From an uncultured Christensenellaceae bacterium (lineage in GTDB: Bacteria > Bacillota > Clostridia > Christensenellales > UBA3700), in NCBI GenBank assembly GCA_910588545.1, contig CAJUOU010000003.1, positions 123,999 through 187,998 of the forward strand: DNA of 64,000 nt. Direction: 5' to 3'. Of this stretch, positions 40,523 through 50,369 are shown piece by piece. The translations under genes were made by a program, and so were the position numbers. Each line of letters begins with the position of its first letter. Position 1 is the stretch's first letter. The notes under the pieces are model-generated. The model worked only from the letters and a program-made list of their open reading frames with translations, did no database searches and was not told the origin of the DNA.

Positions 40523-42228
40523 TACTTTTCCACCTCAATTTGTACAAAATTAAAGGATGAATAGTCAAATAGTCCCCTATCGCTTATTTTAAGCTCCGGT
40601 ATTACCACCAACGACATAAATGATAATGTCATAAATGGCTCGACTTGCTTATTCACGCTCAAAACTTTGTAAGCGTACTCATTTAGCTTTGCCGTCATTG
40701 TAGCAATATAGTCGATATCTTTATCGCACATTAAACCTGCGATAGGTAGCTCCAAAGTATCAAAAATATTACCATTGTGAACGGCAGTCATTCCTCCGCC
40801 TACACGTTTAATTTCATTAACGGCAATCGCCATATCTCTGTCATTATCTCCGCAAACGATTATATTATGGCTGTCATGTGCTACACTGACCGCAATAGCA
40901 CCGTTTTTAATATCGTAACCGTCAAGCAAACCAATGCCTATATTACCCGTATTTTTGTGTCTTTCTACCACACAAATTTTGCTTAAACCGTCCTTAAAGT
41001 CATATTCTCCGTTTGTTACGCTGACTTTTTTTACAAGGCTTTTGGTAGTAACGTTATGAGGCTCTATCCCCATAACTCTTACTATATCGGAGTTTAATTT
41101 TAAAGCCAAATCCTCAGCTTTAATGTGTGCACAATGAACGGTATTTCTTACTTCGCTGCAATTTAACACTTGGGCATCGAACAACGCCTTGCCATTTTCC
41201 GCAACAAGCTTACCATTTTTATAAACCTGCAAAACATTGAACTTATACAAATCGTCAAGCACTACAATATCCGCAATTTTCCCCGGAGCCAAAGCTCCCC
41301 TATCATTCAACTTGTAGCACTCGGCAGCATTCAATGTTGCCATAGTAACCGCATCCACAGGCGACAAGCCCATTTCTATAGCTATTTTTATATTGTTATT
41401 GATATGTCCGATTGTAAGCAAATCATGCACCTGTCTATCATCGGTACAAAACACAAGTCTTCTTAATGTTTTGCTGTTAATAATAGGGAACAAGTCACGC
41501 AAATTCCTTGTCGCACTTCCCTCCCTGACAAGCACATACATACCGCGTCTTAATTTATCGCAAGCATCCTTGACATCTACACACTCATGGTCGGTTGTAA
41601 TGCCCGCACCTATATATGCATTAAGTTCCTTTTCGCCTGCAAGAGGATAATGCCCGTCTACCACAACTCCTCGTTTTTTTGCATACTTAAGCTTGTTCAT
41701 AACATCGCTGTCACGATAGATAACGCCAGGGGCATTCATAAATTCGCCAACCCCATGGCATTTATCAAGCAACTTGTCAAGTCCATCAGCATCTATAGTT
41801 GCACCATTATTTTCGTAAGGAGTAGCAGGAACACAGCTAGGAGCCATAAACATTGCATCAAAAGGTACTATTTTACTTTCTTTTATCATATAATCTACGC
41901 CCGCCTCGCCGCATACATTGGCAATTTCATGCGGGTCGCAAATACCTGTTGTAGTACCCCATGGCAAAACCGCTTTTGCAAAGTTAGACGGAGATAGCAT
42001 TGTGCTTTCTATATGCAAATGCCCGTCGATAAAACCCGGTGACAAATACTTGCCTTGCACATTAACTTCCGTTTTACCGCAATAGTTACCTATACCGGCA
42101 ATTATTCCGTCCGAAATCGCAATATCCGCAACTTCCACCTCGCCTGTATAAACATTGATAACATTACCGCCTTTAAGCACCAAATCGGCTTTTTCAACTC
42201 CCATAGCAACAGCAATTTGTTTTTCCAT
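40522..42228 (-). CDS. ade: Adenine deaminase
   Basis: Amidohydrolase motif PGFIDGHLHIESTML, with family-typical length and C-terminal domain. ATG 42228 (MEKQIAVAMG, SD GGAG) is preferred over the track start at 42267. Confidence 0.9.
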   Translation of the reverse strand: MEKQIAVAMGVEKADLVLKGGNVINVYTGEVEVADIAISDGIIAGIGNYCGKTEVNVQGKYLSPGFIDGHLHIESTMLSPSNFAKAVLPWGTTTGICDPHEIANVCGEAGVDYMIKESKIVPFDAMFMAPSCVPATPYENNGATIDADGLDKLLDKCHGVGEFMNAPGVIYRDSDVMNKLKYAKKRGVVVDGHYPLAGEKELNAYIGAGITTDHECVDVKDACDKLRRGMYVLVREGSATRNLRDLFPIINSKTLRRLVFCTDDRQVHDLLTIGHINNNIKIAIEMGLSPVDAVTMATLNAAECYKLNDRGALAPGKIADIVVLDDLYKFNVLQVYKNGKLVAENGKALFDAQVLNCSEVRNTVHCAHIKAEDLALKLNSDIVRVMGIEPHNVTTKSLVKKVSVTNGEYDFKDGLSKICVVERHKNTGNIGIGLLDGYDIKNGAIAVSVAHDSHNIIVCGDNDRDMAIAVNEIKRVGGGMTAVHNGNIFDTLELPIAGLMCDKDIDYIATMTAKLNEYAYKVLSVNKQVEPFMTLSFMSLVVIPELKISDRGLFDYSSFNFVQIEVEK

Positions 42229-42431
42229 AAATACTCCAAAACTTTTATGCACATAATTTTTAATCATAAAAGAGCCACAAGTAAAAAACCTTTACTTTGC
42301 TCTCTTTTTTATATTTTAACATTAATATAATATAAAGTCAAGATAAAAAATAAGCTCACACCTTACAAAAAAAGCAGCTTTAAGCATAATATACAAAAGC
42401 AGACGCATACATTATATCCAAGGGGGATATT

Positions 42432-42983
42432 ATGTGTGAAAATGAATTATTGCCATCCGAAGACCAAATAAATATGATGAATAAGGAATATAACGAAATT
42501 ACAAGAAGACGCGAGCTTATGTGCGAAAATTGCGAAAAATATAAAAGCAATATAAACGGTTACCGACCTGTGGCTCTTTGCAAAAGTGCCAAATGCGGTA
42601 CTGACCCAAAACAAAAAAAATTGTTCGAACGTATATACTTTGCCGAACAAGATTTGATAATGGCTTTAAGACAGTTGTTCACAATAGCTCCGCTTGCCGC
42701 AAAAGACGATATCGCCGATGTAATAAAACTTAAAAAAGCCACATCGACATTATCGCTAAAATGCTACTATGCGGTGTCCGACAAACAAATCAGTTATGCA
42801 CCTATACTAAGCCACGAAGAAGACTATTGCAAGCTTTTAAGGCATATTGTCACAATGCAAAAACAGTTGCTATTAATGCTTAATAAAGCAAAATATATGT
42901 GCGCACACAGTAAAAAAATGATTAAAAACGAATGGACAGCAAGCTATATTTTAACAACAATAAGCATATATTGCAGATATTAA
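42432..42983 (+). CDS. Hypothetical Cys-rich protein (183 aa)
   Basis: A strong SD (AAGGGGG) is present. The N-terminus has CENCEKYK...CKSAKCG (C-x2-C...C-x4-C) and the rest looks helical. No family recognised. Confidence 0.6.
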   Translation: MCENELLPSEDQINMMNKEYNEITRRRELMCENCEKYKSNINGYRPVALCKSAKCGTDPKQKKLFERIYFAEQDLIMALRQLFTIAPLAAKDDIADVIKLKKATSTLSLKCYYAVSDKQISYAPILSHEEDYCKLLRHIVTMQKQLLLMLNKAKYMCAHSKKMIKNEWTASYILTTISIYCRY

Positions 42984-43000
42984 TTTACAAAAACACTTCA

Positions 43001-43029
43001 AAAATCGGCACTAATGTGCCGATTTTTTT
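43001..43029 (+). terminator. Terminator
   Basis: AAAATCGGCAC-TAAT-GTGCCGATTTT followed by TTT. Confidence 0.75.
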
Positions 43030-43117
43030 ATTTCAAACTAAATTTTTCAAATATATTACTTTATCTTAGGCAAGTATTTTGAACTATAATTTTTAAAAAG
43101 CAATAAAATAATTATTT

Positions 43118-44509
43118 TTAAAGCTTTTTAAGCTCGTAACCTTCTTTGCTGTCAAGCACGCTGTATCCCATTTCTTTGATTTTACCCCTCAATTCGTCAG
43201 CTTTCGCCCAATCTTTTTGTTGTTTTGCAAGTAATCTTTCCTCTGCCAAAGCAACTACCTCGTCAGGAACGTCAGTGCCATTTTTCTTTATATACTCTTC
43301 TGCTTTATCAAGTGACAAACCTAAAACTTTATCCATTTGCAATGCCAATTTATAAACATCCGAACACAATGGTAATTTTGTCATTTTCCAAAGCACTCCA
43401 AGTGCCATAGGAATGTTTATATCGTCATTTATAGCATTGTCAAATTCTTGTTTAAACTCGTTCAAAGTATCTTGGTCAACCAAAGCCAAGCCATAGCTGT
43501 GACTCCTTAAAATACCGCACAACCTTTCGTAAGAAACTTTTGCAGCATCCATACCGTCAAAAGTGAAATTCAACTTTTTCCTGTAGTGCGCATTTAAGCA
43601 GAAATAACGGAAAACCATAGGGCTGTAACCCATTTGCTCAAGTTGCGCAATAGTATAGGTATTGCCCAAACTTTTGCTCATTTTACCATTATCTACAAGC
43701 ATAAATTCGCCGTGCATCCAATAGTCTACAGATTTTCTGCCTGTCAAAGCCTCGTTTTGAGCAATCTCGTTTTCGTGATGTACAGGTATATGGTCCACAC
43801 CGCCCGTATGAATATCAAAAACCTCTCCCAAATACTTTTGGCTCATTGCCGAACATTCGATATGCCAACCGGGGTATCCCATTCCCCAAGGACTTGGCCA
43901 TTGTTGGATATGGTTAGGGTCAGCTTTTTTCCAAACGGCAAAATCTTGTGGATTGCGTTTTTCCGAGTTTACCTCTACCCTTGCACCTGCAATTTGCTCA
44001 TCTAAATTTAACCTAGATAGCTCCCCGTATTTAGGAAATTTACTAATGTCAAAATACACGCCGTCACTTGTTTCGTAAGCAAAGCCCGCATCCACAAGTC
44101 TTTGCACATACTGAATCATATCGTCGATATGCTCGGTTGCTTTTGCGATAATTTCGGGCAAACCGATATTAAGCTTTGCAAGGTCAGTCATAAAAATGTT
44201 AGTATAATAATCGGCAATCTCCTTAGGCGTTTTGCCTGTTTCCTTTGCCCTTTTATCCATTTTGTCCTCGCCCTCATCTCCGTCGCTTGTCAAATGTCCG
44301 ACGTCGGTTATATTCATAACTCCTTTAAGTTTGTAACCGTCATACTTCAAAACACGCCTTAACAAATCCATAAAAACATACGTTCTCAAATTTCCGATAT
44401 GTGCGTAGTTATACACTGTCGGACCGCAGGAATACATTGTGATTTCCCCTTTGTTAAGCTCGTTAAAATCTTCCTTTTTTCTACTTAAAGTGTTGTATAC
44501 TTTTAACAT
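43118..44509 (-). CDS. cysS: Cysteine--tRNA ligase
   Basis: HIGH region AHIGNLRT and KMSKSLGN. 463 aa. Confidence 0.95.
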   Translation of the reverse strand: MLKVYNTLSRKKEDFNELNKGEITMYSCGPTVYNYAHIGNLRTYVFMDLLRRVLKYDGYKLKGVMNITDVGHLTSDGDEGEDKMDKRAKETGKTPKEIADYYTNIFMTDLAKLNIGLPEIIAKATEHIDDMIQYVQRLVDAGFAYETSDGVYFDISKFPKYGELSRLNLDEQIAGARVEVNSEKRNPQDFAVWKKADPNHIQQWPSPWGMGYPGWHIECSAMSQKYLGEVFDIHTGGVDHIPVHHENEIAQNEALTGRKSVDYWMHGEFMLVDNGKMSKSLGNTYTIAQLEQMGYSPMVFRYFCLNAHYRKKLNFTFDGMDAAKVSYERLCGILRSHSYGLALVDQDTLNEFKQEFDNAINDDINIPMALGVLWKMTKLPLCSDVYKLALQMDKVLGLSLDKAEEYIKKNGTDVPDEVVALAEERLLAKQQKDWAKADELRGKIKEMGYSVLDSKEGYELKKL

Positions 44510-44551
44510 TTCGATATCTCCTAAACTAAAATATATTTATTGCTGTTGTTA

Positions 44552-45271
44552 TCAATTTTCTTGTTTTTCTTTGTTTTTTTCTCTTTTTTCCACAAGCATT
44601 TGCAAATAAGCCTCATCCTCTATAACCTCGGTGTTGCAAATGGAATACTTGCAAGACTCAATACCCAATTTTTCTTCCAATACGGCAAGCCTTTTGCAAA
44701 CTCTTTGAAACTCTTGCAAAATAGGGTCAGGCACATTTTGATTAAGGTCAATTTTAGTTTCATGCCTTTTTACTATTCTGCCGGGAACACCCACAACAGT
44801 ACTGTGTGACGGAACGTCTTTTAAAACAACCGAGCCCGCACCGATTTTGCTATACTCCCCGATATTAATAGGCCCAAGTACCTTTGCACCACTGCTTATC
44901 ATACAATTATTACCTATAGTTGGGTGTCTTTTACCTATATCTTTACCCGTACCGCCAAGTGTTACCCCTTGATAAATCGTAACATTGTCGCCTATCTCGC
45001 AAGTTTCGCCTATAACAACGCCAACACCATGGTCAATAAAAACACCTTGACCGATTTTTGCGGCAGGATGAATATCCACGCCTGTTTTTCTCCTTGTTTT
45101 TGCAGAAATAAGCTCTGCAATGCCAACCATTTTATGCCTGTAAAACCAATTTGCACGCCTATGCCTACGGATAGCCCTAAAACCACCATAAGTCAAAAAA
45201 ACTATTAATTTACTTGTTGCAGCGGGGTCTCTATCCATAACCGCTTGCAAATCACTTTTAAACTGTTTCAT
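44552..45271 (-). CDS. cysE: Serine O-acetyltransferase
   Basis: The SATase N-terminus is DRDPAA and the hexapeptide repeats are IHPAAKIGQGVFIDHGVGVVIGETCEIGDNVTIYQGVTLGG. ATG 45271 (SD GAGG) is preferred over TTG 45283. Confidence 0.9.
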   Translation of the reverse strand: MKQFKSDLQAVMDRDPAATSKLIVFLTYGGFRAIRRHRRANWFYRHKMVGIAELISAKTRRKTGVDIHPAAKIGQGVFIDHGVGVVIGETCEIGDNVTIYQGVTLGGTGKDIGKRHPTIGNNCMISSGAKVLGPINIGEYSKIGAGSVVLKDVPSHSTVVGVPGRIVKRHETKIDLNQNVPDPILQEFQRVCKRLAVLEEKLGIESCKYSICNTEVIEDEAYLQMLVEKREKNKEKQEN

Positions 45272-45476
45272 AATATACCTCAAATACCATATTAGACTAA
45301 CTCAATCAAATTTATTACTACGCAACTACCATAAAACAACTTTTATATATCTTTTATTACCACATACCTAAAAATAGTTGCAACAATTTTTAACAGTGAT
45401 TTTTTGTGACATTTACAAAAATACTTGTAATATAACCATATATTTTTACGTTTATAATAGTTTTTTACTTAAAATA

Positions 45477-45721
45477 CAAAAACACGGCATAACATAAAGA
45501 CGCTATACCGTGATTCCACTTTAATTCAACAACAAAAAAGTTGTTCTTGTATGCAGATAACGATGCCCCGAGCGACATTTCCTTCGCCTGACTATGTCAA
45601 CGCACTTCACAAAAGCATTTGCAAATAGGCTTCCACCCGACGGCCTATACTCTCTGTTACAATAACTTTAGCTACTCTTTTGACAATTTTGTGGCAAGCC
45701 ACAACCGCCTTATCAAATTGT
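45477..45721 (-). promoter_or_regulatory. T-box riboswitch leader, Cys specifier (UGC), controlling cysE-cysS
   Basis: The minus strand shows a Stem I base TGTCAA...TTGACA, AGAGTAG (GA/K-turn), distal AGAGAG...GGGTGGAA, and a specifier loop with TGC followed by A. The T-box sequence is AATTAAAGTGGAATCACGGTA. The terminator is CACGGTAT...ATGCCGTG followed by TTTTTG. Confidence 0.75.
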
Positions 45722-45727
45722 AATTGA

Positions 45728-45757
45728 ATTATATCATAATATAAATATGTTTGTCAA
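45728..45757 (-). promoter_or_regulatory. Promoter of the T-box-cysES transcript
   Basis: The minus strand reads TTGACA, an 18-nt spacer, then TGaTATAAT (extended -10). Confidence 0.65.
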
Positions 45758-45820
45758 TACTTTTTGGTTACTTGTACTTTGCAGCCCAAATACACATATT
45801 GTTTGAGCGTTGCAGACACT

Positions 45821-48800
45821 TTATACAAGCGATTTTATTGTTTCGCTATCGTTATAATATTTACCGCCGATAGCAATTAATTTTACATCAGTGTAGCCAT
45901 CCAAATCCGCTTTTGAGATAACCAACTCTGTTACCCCCGTACTGATTTCGTAGTCCGATTTATCCACACCCGTAAATACCAACTTATATCTTAATGCGTT
46001 GTCTACTTTATTCCAACTAAACACATAGTTGTCGCCGTCCATCTTAATTTCAAGCGATGGAGCAGCCAAATCAACATTTATAGGGTCGAACTTGGCATAA
46101 GCTTTAGCACTTGAATTAATACCATCTACACTGCTTTTTGCTACAATGATTATAGAGTGGTTACCGGGAGTAGTAAGCAAACTAGCAAACTTAGCCTCAC
46201 CGCTCAAATTAAAGGAAATTTCCTCCCCTGCTTTAACATTGTCATTTTTAATAGTCATTACAATACCATCAAAAACTATCTCGTAAGTTTCGGCAAAATG
46301 CACTGCTTTAAAAGTCAAAACATACTCATTGTTGTTATTTTTATCAACCTTTGGAGTTCCTACTTTATCAAGTGTGATATAGTGTGTGTGTTGTGTAAAG
46401 TAAGGGTCGCTATCTCTTATAAATTCGGGCTCGTCAGAGCGCAATACAATTTTAATCGAGTGGTTGCCTACAGTGTTTAAAACAGTTCCCAAATCAAATA
46501 CGTAGTTCGGTATACCATCGCTGTCCCTGTCTATTGCAAATTCCAAAGGAGTTTCCGCGTTATCAATAGTTACCAAAACTTTGGTAGCTAAACTATCGAT
46601 AGAAGAAAGTTCAAGCGTAGCTTTATCGCCGACTCTTTCGATAACTGCAAATTGAGGAGTCTCAAGCCAATCTATATATTTTTCGTTTTGAACATTGATA
46701 ATCAATGCGTTATTATCTTTCAAACTCTCTTTACTTATCCAAACAGTGTTGGTGCCGATGATTTTTTTGAAACCGCCGTTTTCACTTACGTAAACAAGTT
46801 TACCGCCACTGATTGTACCAAGTTCGCCGCTATTAAAATTGTTGTAAGTAAAGCCTACCAATCTTAGTTCCGATTGCTCGTCCAATACTGCATTACCAAT
46901 ATCGCTGTTTGCACGAACACGCGCATTTTGCAAATTAATGTCGATTTTTGTAGCTTTATTAAATGTAATATCCGAATTTACGGCATTAATACTACTTATA
47001 TTTTCGCCAAAAGCTAGTTGGTCAAAAACGACTTTACTACTTCTTATATTAAACGAATTGTTTGCTTGAATACTACCTATAGAATTGCCTTGAGCAATGC
47101 TGTCAAACTCGATATCATTAGCAGAGACATTTGTCAAAATAGTTATTGTATTTGCATTTTTTATTAACAATTTGCCGTTAACGGTAATTTTACCACCCAA
47201 AGTATACTCTTTGCCCGACTTAACACCAAGCGTCATAGCACCGCCTTTAGGGTTTTCCAACGTAAGGTTACCATTTACTGTCAAAGTTTTTTTGTTTAAA
47301 TCCACATTTAAACCAAGTGTCAAATCGCCGTCAACCGTTATATCCTTTTCCAAATAATACAGTTCCTTTTTGTCCTTGATAGGCTTTGCAAAATCTTCCG
47401 CGCTGCTTATCAATACTTTAGGCGCATTAATAACCAAAATAGGTGTTAAAACAGATACCAAAATAACAACCGCAAGCACAGCAACGGCAATTAAAATTGT
47501 AATAAGCTTTTTCTTTTTAGGGGAAGCTTTGCCTTTTTTATCCCCGCCTTTCTTTTTGCCATTTTTATCTGTGCTTTGCTCATCGCCCTCACTGTTTTGC
47601 TCAATAGGGTCGATTTTTGTTGCATTTTCCGTAGTACTATCATCTACGATAACTATATCGCTGTTTGCATCTTTAACTTCGTCATTGCTGTTTTGTTTGT
47701 CAACAGGAATATCGCTTTCTTTGTCAACCACTTGGTCGTTAACGTTATCAACTTCTGCGACACTTTCATTTATCTCCTGCTCTTCCAAATCATTTTGCTC
47801 GTCTATTACAGCATCGATATTATCTTTTTCTTGCATATCTTCTTCCTTTTGCAAAAACAAATCTACCAATTCATCGCCCGAATTTAGCATAATTCCTGTT
47901 TTTGCACATTCACTTTCAGTATATGCAGAAACACCTTGTTTAATACAAGTGCTGTCGTAAATAATAAACGGAATAGGCTCACTGCTGTGAGTTTTTGTGA
48001 CAAGCGGTGTTGGATGGTCAGGGCATACCAAAATACGCAAGTCCTCGTCCTCGAGCTCGCTCAAAATATATGCTACAACCTTTTCGTCAATAAGCTCGAT
48101 AGATTTTACCTTGCCTTTGCTATCTCCTTGATGTCCGCACTCATCAGGCGCCTCCATGTGAAGATATACATAGTCAAAGCCGTCGCGTATAGCTTGCACG
48201 CAAGCTTGTGCTTTACCCGCAAAATTGGTATGTACAGTGCCTGTAGCACCCTCTACTTCTATAATTTCCATACCGCTTGCAATGCCTATGCCTTTTAGCA
48301 AATCGACAGCGGAAATCACAGCACCCTTCAAGCCGCGTAAGCTCTCAAAGTTAGGAAGAGTAGGTTTGCTACCCTCTCCCCATAGCCAAATGCTGTTTGC
48401 AGGGTTTTTACCGTCTGCTATCCTTTTTAAATTTATAGGGTGGTCTTTTAAAATATCATACGACTTAACCATAAGGTCAAGCATTTTATCTCCGTAAAGA
48501 CCTTTTGGCAAGTAATCGCCAATAACTTTACCGCTAATGTCATGCGGAGGTGTGTATTCCGTACCGCGCTCGCCGTTATGTTTAATCAAACAGTGTCTGT
48601 AACTTACACCGCTGTAAAAAGCAAACTCGTCATCTCCAAGCGCCTCTTGAACAAAGCTGATAAGCTCTGCTGCCTCTTCGGTAGAAATTTCGCCCGCACT
48701 GTAGTCCAGCATGCTTTTATCTGCATAGTTTTCTTCCTCGGACAAAGTAACAAGGTTACATCTTACAGCCAAATCACTGTCCGCCATATCAACACCTATA

Positions 48801-49072
48801 CTTAGTGCCTCCAAAGGTGACCTGCCGCTGTAATACTTTAACGGAGAATATCCCATAACCGACAAATTGGCAACATCACTGCCGGGTTTTATGCCGTCGG
48901 GAACAGTCTTGCACATACCGCAAATTGCCTTTTGTGCCAAGCTGTCAATATTAGGCTTGTATGCAACCTCAAGAGGGGTCATACCGCCTAGTGCGTCCGA
49001 TGGCATATCTGCCATTCCGTCCCCTAAAATCACAATATATTTCATATCATACCTACCTTTGGCATACGCCAA
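45821..49072 (-). CDS. Fusion protein: ApgM-type cofactor-independent phosphoglycerate mutase-family domain, acidic linker, one TM helix, then an extracellular beta-helix/Ig-like repeat region
   Basis: A single 1083-aa ORF. The likely start is MKYIVILGDGMAD at 49045 (SD AGGTAGG). Residues ~10-415 match the COG3635/ApgM pattern (PGSDVANLSVMGY, YSGVSYRHCL, PPHDISGK, HMEAPDECGH, CPDHPTPL). These are followed by a ~100-aa D/E/N-rich linker, KKKGGDKKGKASPKKKK, the TM LITILIAVAVLAVVILVSVLTPILVI (about 47430-47510), and 530 aa of repeats. Confidence 0.8.
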   Translation of the reverse strand: MAYAKGRYDMKYIVILGDGMADMPSDALGGMTPLEVAYKPNIDSLAQKAICGMCKTVPDGIKPGSDVANLSVMGYSPLKYYSGRSPLEALSIGVDMADSDLAVRCNLVTLSEEENYADKSMLDYSAGEISTEEAAELISFVQEALGDDEFAFYSGVSYRHCLIKHNGERGTEYTPPHDISGKVIGDYLPKGLYGDKMLDLMVKSYDILKDHPINLKRIADGKNPANSIWLWGEGSKPTLPNFESLRGLKGAVISAVDLLKGIGIASGMEIIEVEGATGTVHTNFAGKAQACVQAIRDGFDYVYLHMEAPDECGHQGDSKGKVKSIELIDEKVVAYILSELEDEDLRILVCPDHPTPLVTKTHSSEPIPFIIYDSTCIKQGVSAYTESECAKTGIMLNSGDELVDLFLQKEEDMQEKDNIDAVIDEQNDLEEQEINESVAEVDNVNDQVVDKESDIPVDKQNSNDEVKDANSDIVIVDDSTTENATKIDPIEQNSEGDEQSTDKNGKKKGGDKKGKASPKKKKLITILIAVAVLAVVILVSVLTPILVINAPKVLISSAEDFAKPIKDKKELYYLEKDITVDGDLTLGLNVDLNKKTLTVNGNLTLENPKGGAMTLGVKSGKEYTLGGKITVNGKLLIKNANTITILTNVSANDIEFDSIAQGNSIGSIQANNSFNIRSSKVVFDQLAFGENISSINAVNSDITFNKATKIDINLQNARVRANSDIGNAVLDEQSELRLVGFTYNNFNSGELGTISGGKLVYVSENGGFKKIIGTNTVWISKESLKDNNALIINVQNEKYIDWLETPQFAVIERVGDKATLELSSIDSLATKVLVTIDNAETPLEFAIDRDSDGIPNYVFDLGTVLNTVGNHSIKIVLRSDEPEFIRDSDPYFTQHTHYITLDKVGTPKVDKNNNNEYVLTFKAVHFAETYEIVFDGIVMTIKNDNVKAGEEISFNLSGEAKFASLLTTPGNHSIIIVAKSSVDGINSSAKAYAKFDPINVDLAAPSLEIKMDGDNYVFSWNKVDNALRYKLVFTGVDKSDYEISTGVTELVISKADLDGYTDVKLIAIGGKYYNDSETIKSLV

Positions 49073-49279
49073 AAAAGATTTTTTGTTGTTTAAATGTATG
49101 TATTAATTATATTTATTAAAAATACCATATAAACAAAATAGCATCTAACATATTATATTAATATTATAATAAGTATATAAATACAATTATATTTTATTTA
49201 TACATTTTAATTATACACTCAAATAACCATTAAGTCAAGAAAATTAAATATCGCAAGTAAACGTAAGCCAAAACATCTT

Positions 49280-49348
49280 TCTTGGACGGTTGTTGGACAG
49301 TTTGTTGAACGGTATGCAAAAAGCACCTACTAATTAGGTGCTTTTTTA
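49280..49348. repeat. Fic-flanking repeat R1 (3 tandem TTGRACRG units plus ATGCAAAAA plus terminator hairpin)
   Basis: TCTTGGACGGTTGTTGGACAGTTTGTTGAACGGTATGCAAAAAG followed by the hairpin CACCTA-CTAAT-TAGGTG and a T-run. It is the partner of 50370-50437. Confidence 0.75.
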
Positions 49349-49352
49349 GATT

Positions 49353-50318
49353 TTACTTTTTATAATACTTTTGATTACGATTGTTTGGCATATCGGGATA
49401 AGTCATAGCGATTAAGCCTTTTTCTAATGCAGGTTTCAAATAACTTTCGCGGAGAGTTTGCTTACGAGTAAGCCCAAGTTTAGCCATAAGTTCATTTGCA
49501 CTTTGTGGTTCGTAATCGATTACACCCATTAATCGTTCAATATTTTCAGGAAGTTTTTCGTCTTTCAGCTCACAAAGGCTATCGTAAATAATTTGCAACA
49601 AAAATTCCACAAATACGCTTGAATCCACACTGCTATCGGCACAAGCAAGACATTTGTAATATTCCTTTTGCCTTGATTTTATAAGAGTTTCTATAGGCAA
49701 ATAAATGAATATAGGATGATAAGTAGATAAAAGCAAAGTTTGCCACAAACGCCCCATCCTGCCATTTCCGTCTTGAAAAGGATGTATAAATTCAAACTCA
49801 TAATGAAAAACACATGACTTTATTAAAATATGCAGTTCGCTTTGTTCAACCCATTGCAAAAGGTTATGAATATGCCCTTTTACCATGTGTGCAGGTGGAG
49901 CTAAATGCACAAGCCTATCTCCCTCAAAAACACCTACACTACCTGTACGAAATTTGCCTGCCTCGCATACAAGCGATTGCATCATTAACTTATGTGCTTG
50001 TAGCAAATCAGAAATACTGTAAGGATTAAAAGATAAAATATGTTCGTATGCCTCAAAAGCATTTTTAACTTCCTGTATTTCAGACGGCATACCCAATATT
50101 CTTTTACCATTTACAATGGCCGTAACCTGCTCAATACTTAAAGTATTATTTTCTATAGCTAGCGACGAATGAATTGTTTTTATCCGATTTTCGCGACGTA
50201 AACGAATATCTGGAACAGGTCTATTGTCATATTTAAATTTTCCTATTATTTCGCTTATTTTAGCCACTAAGTTAACAATTTTTGTATTTAAATTAAAAGG
50301 CGGTTTATACTCTTCCAT
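49353..50318 (-). CDS. Class-II Fic (AMPylase-type) protein with N-terminal inhibitory helix and C-terminal wHTH
   Basis: The Fic motif is HPFQDGNGRMGR. The inhibitory motif (S/T)xxxE(G/N) reads SLAIEN. 321 aa. SD is AAGGAG. Confidence 0.9.
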   Translation of the reverse strand: MEEYKPPFNLNTKIVNLVAKISEIIGKFKYDNRPVPDIRLRRENRIKTIHSSLAIENNTLSIEQVTAIVNGKRILGMPSEIQEVKNAFEAYEHILSFNPYSISDLLQAHKLMMQSLVCEAGKFRTGSVGVFEGDRLVHLAPPAHMVKGHIHNLLQWVEQSELHILIKSCVFHYEFEFIHPFQDGNGRMGRLWQTLLLSTYHPIFIYLPIETLIKSRQKEYYKCLACADSSVDSSVFVEFLLQIIYDSLCELKDEKLPENIERLMGVIDYEPQSANELMAKLGLTRKQTLRESYLKPALEKGLIAMTYPDMPNNRNQKYYKK

Positions 50319-50369
50319 AAAAAATCTCCTTATATATATATTACCATATTACAAAAATATAGTCAACTA

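Noticed and set aside
45590-45650. The GGGTGGAA-containing segment was initially considered as the T-box antiterminator core or another structured RNA.
   Set aside because: After reading the whole minus-strand leader, it fits the distal Stem I loop motif. The true T-box sequence and terminator lie at about 45477-45535.
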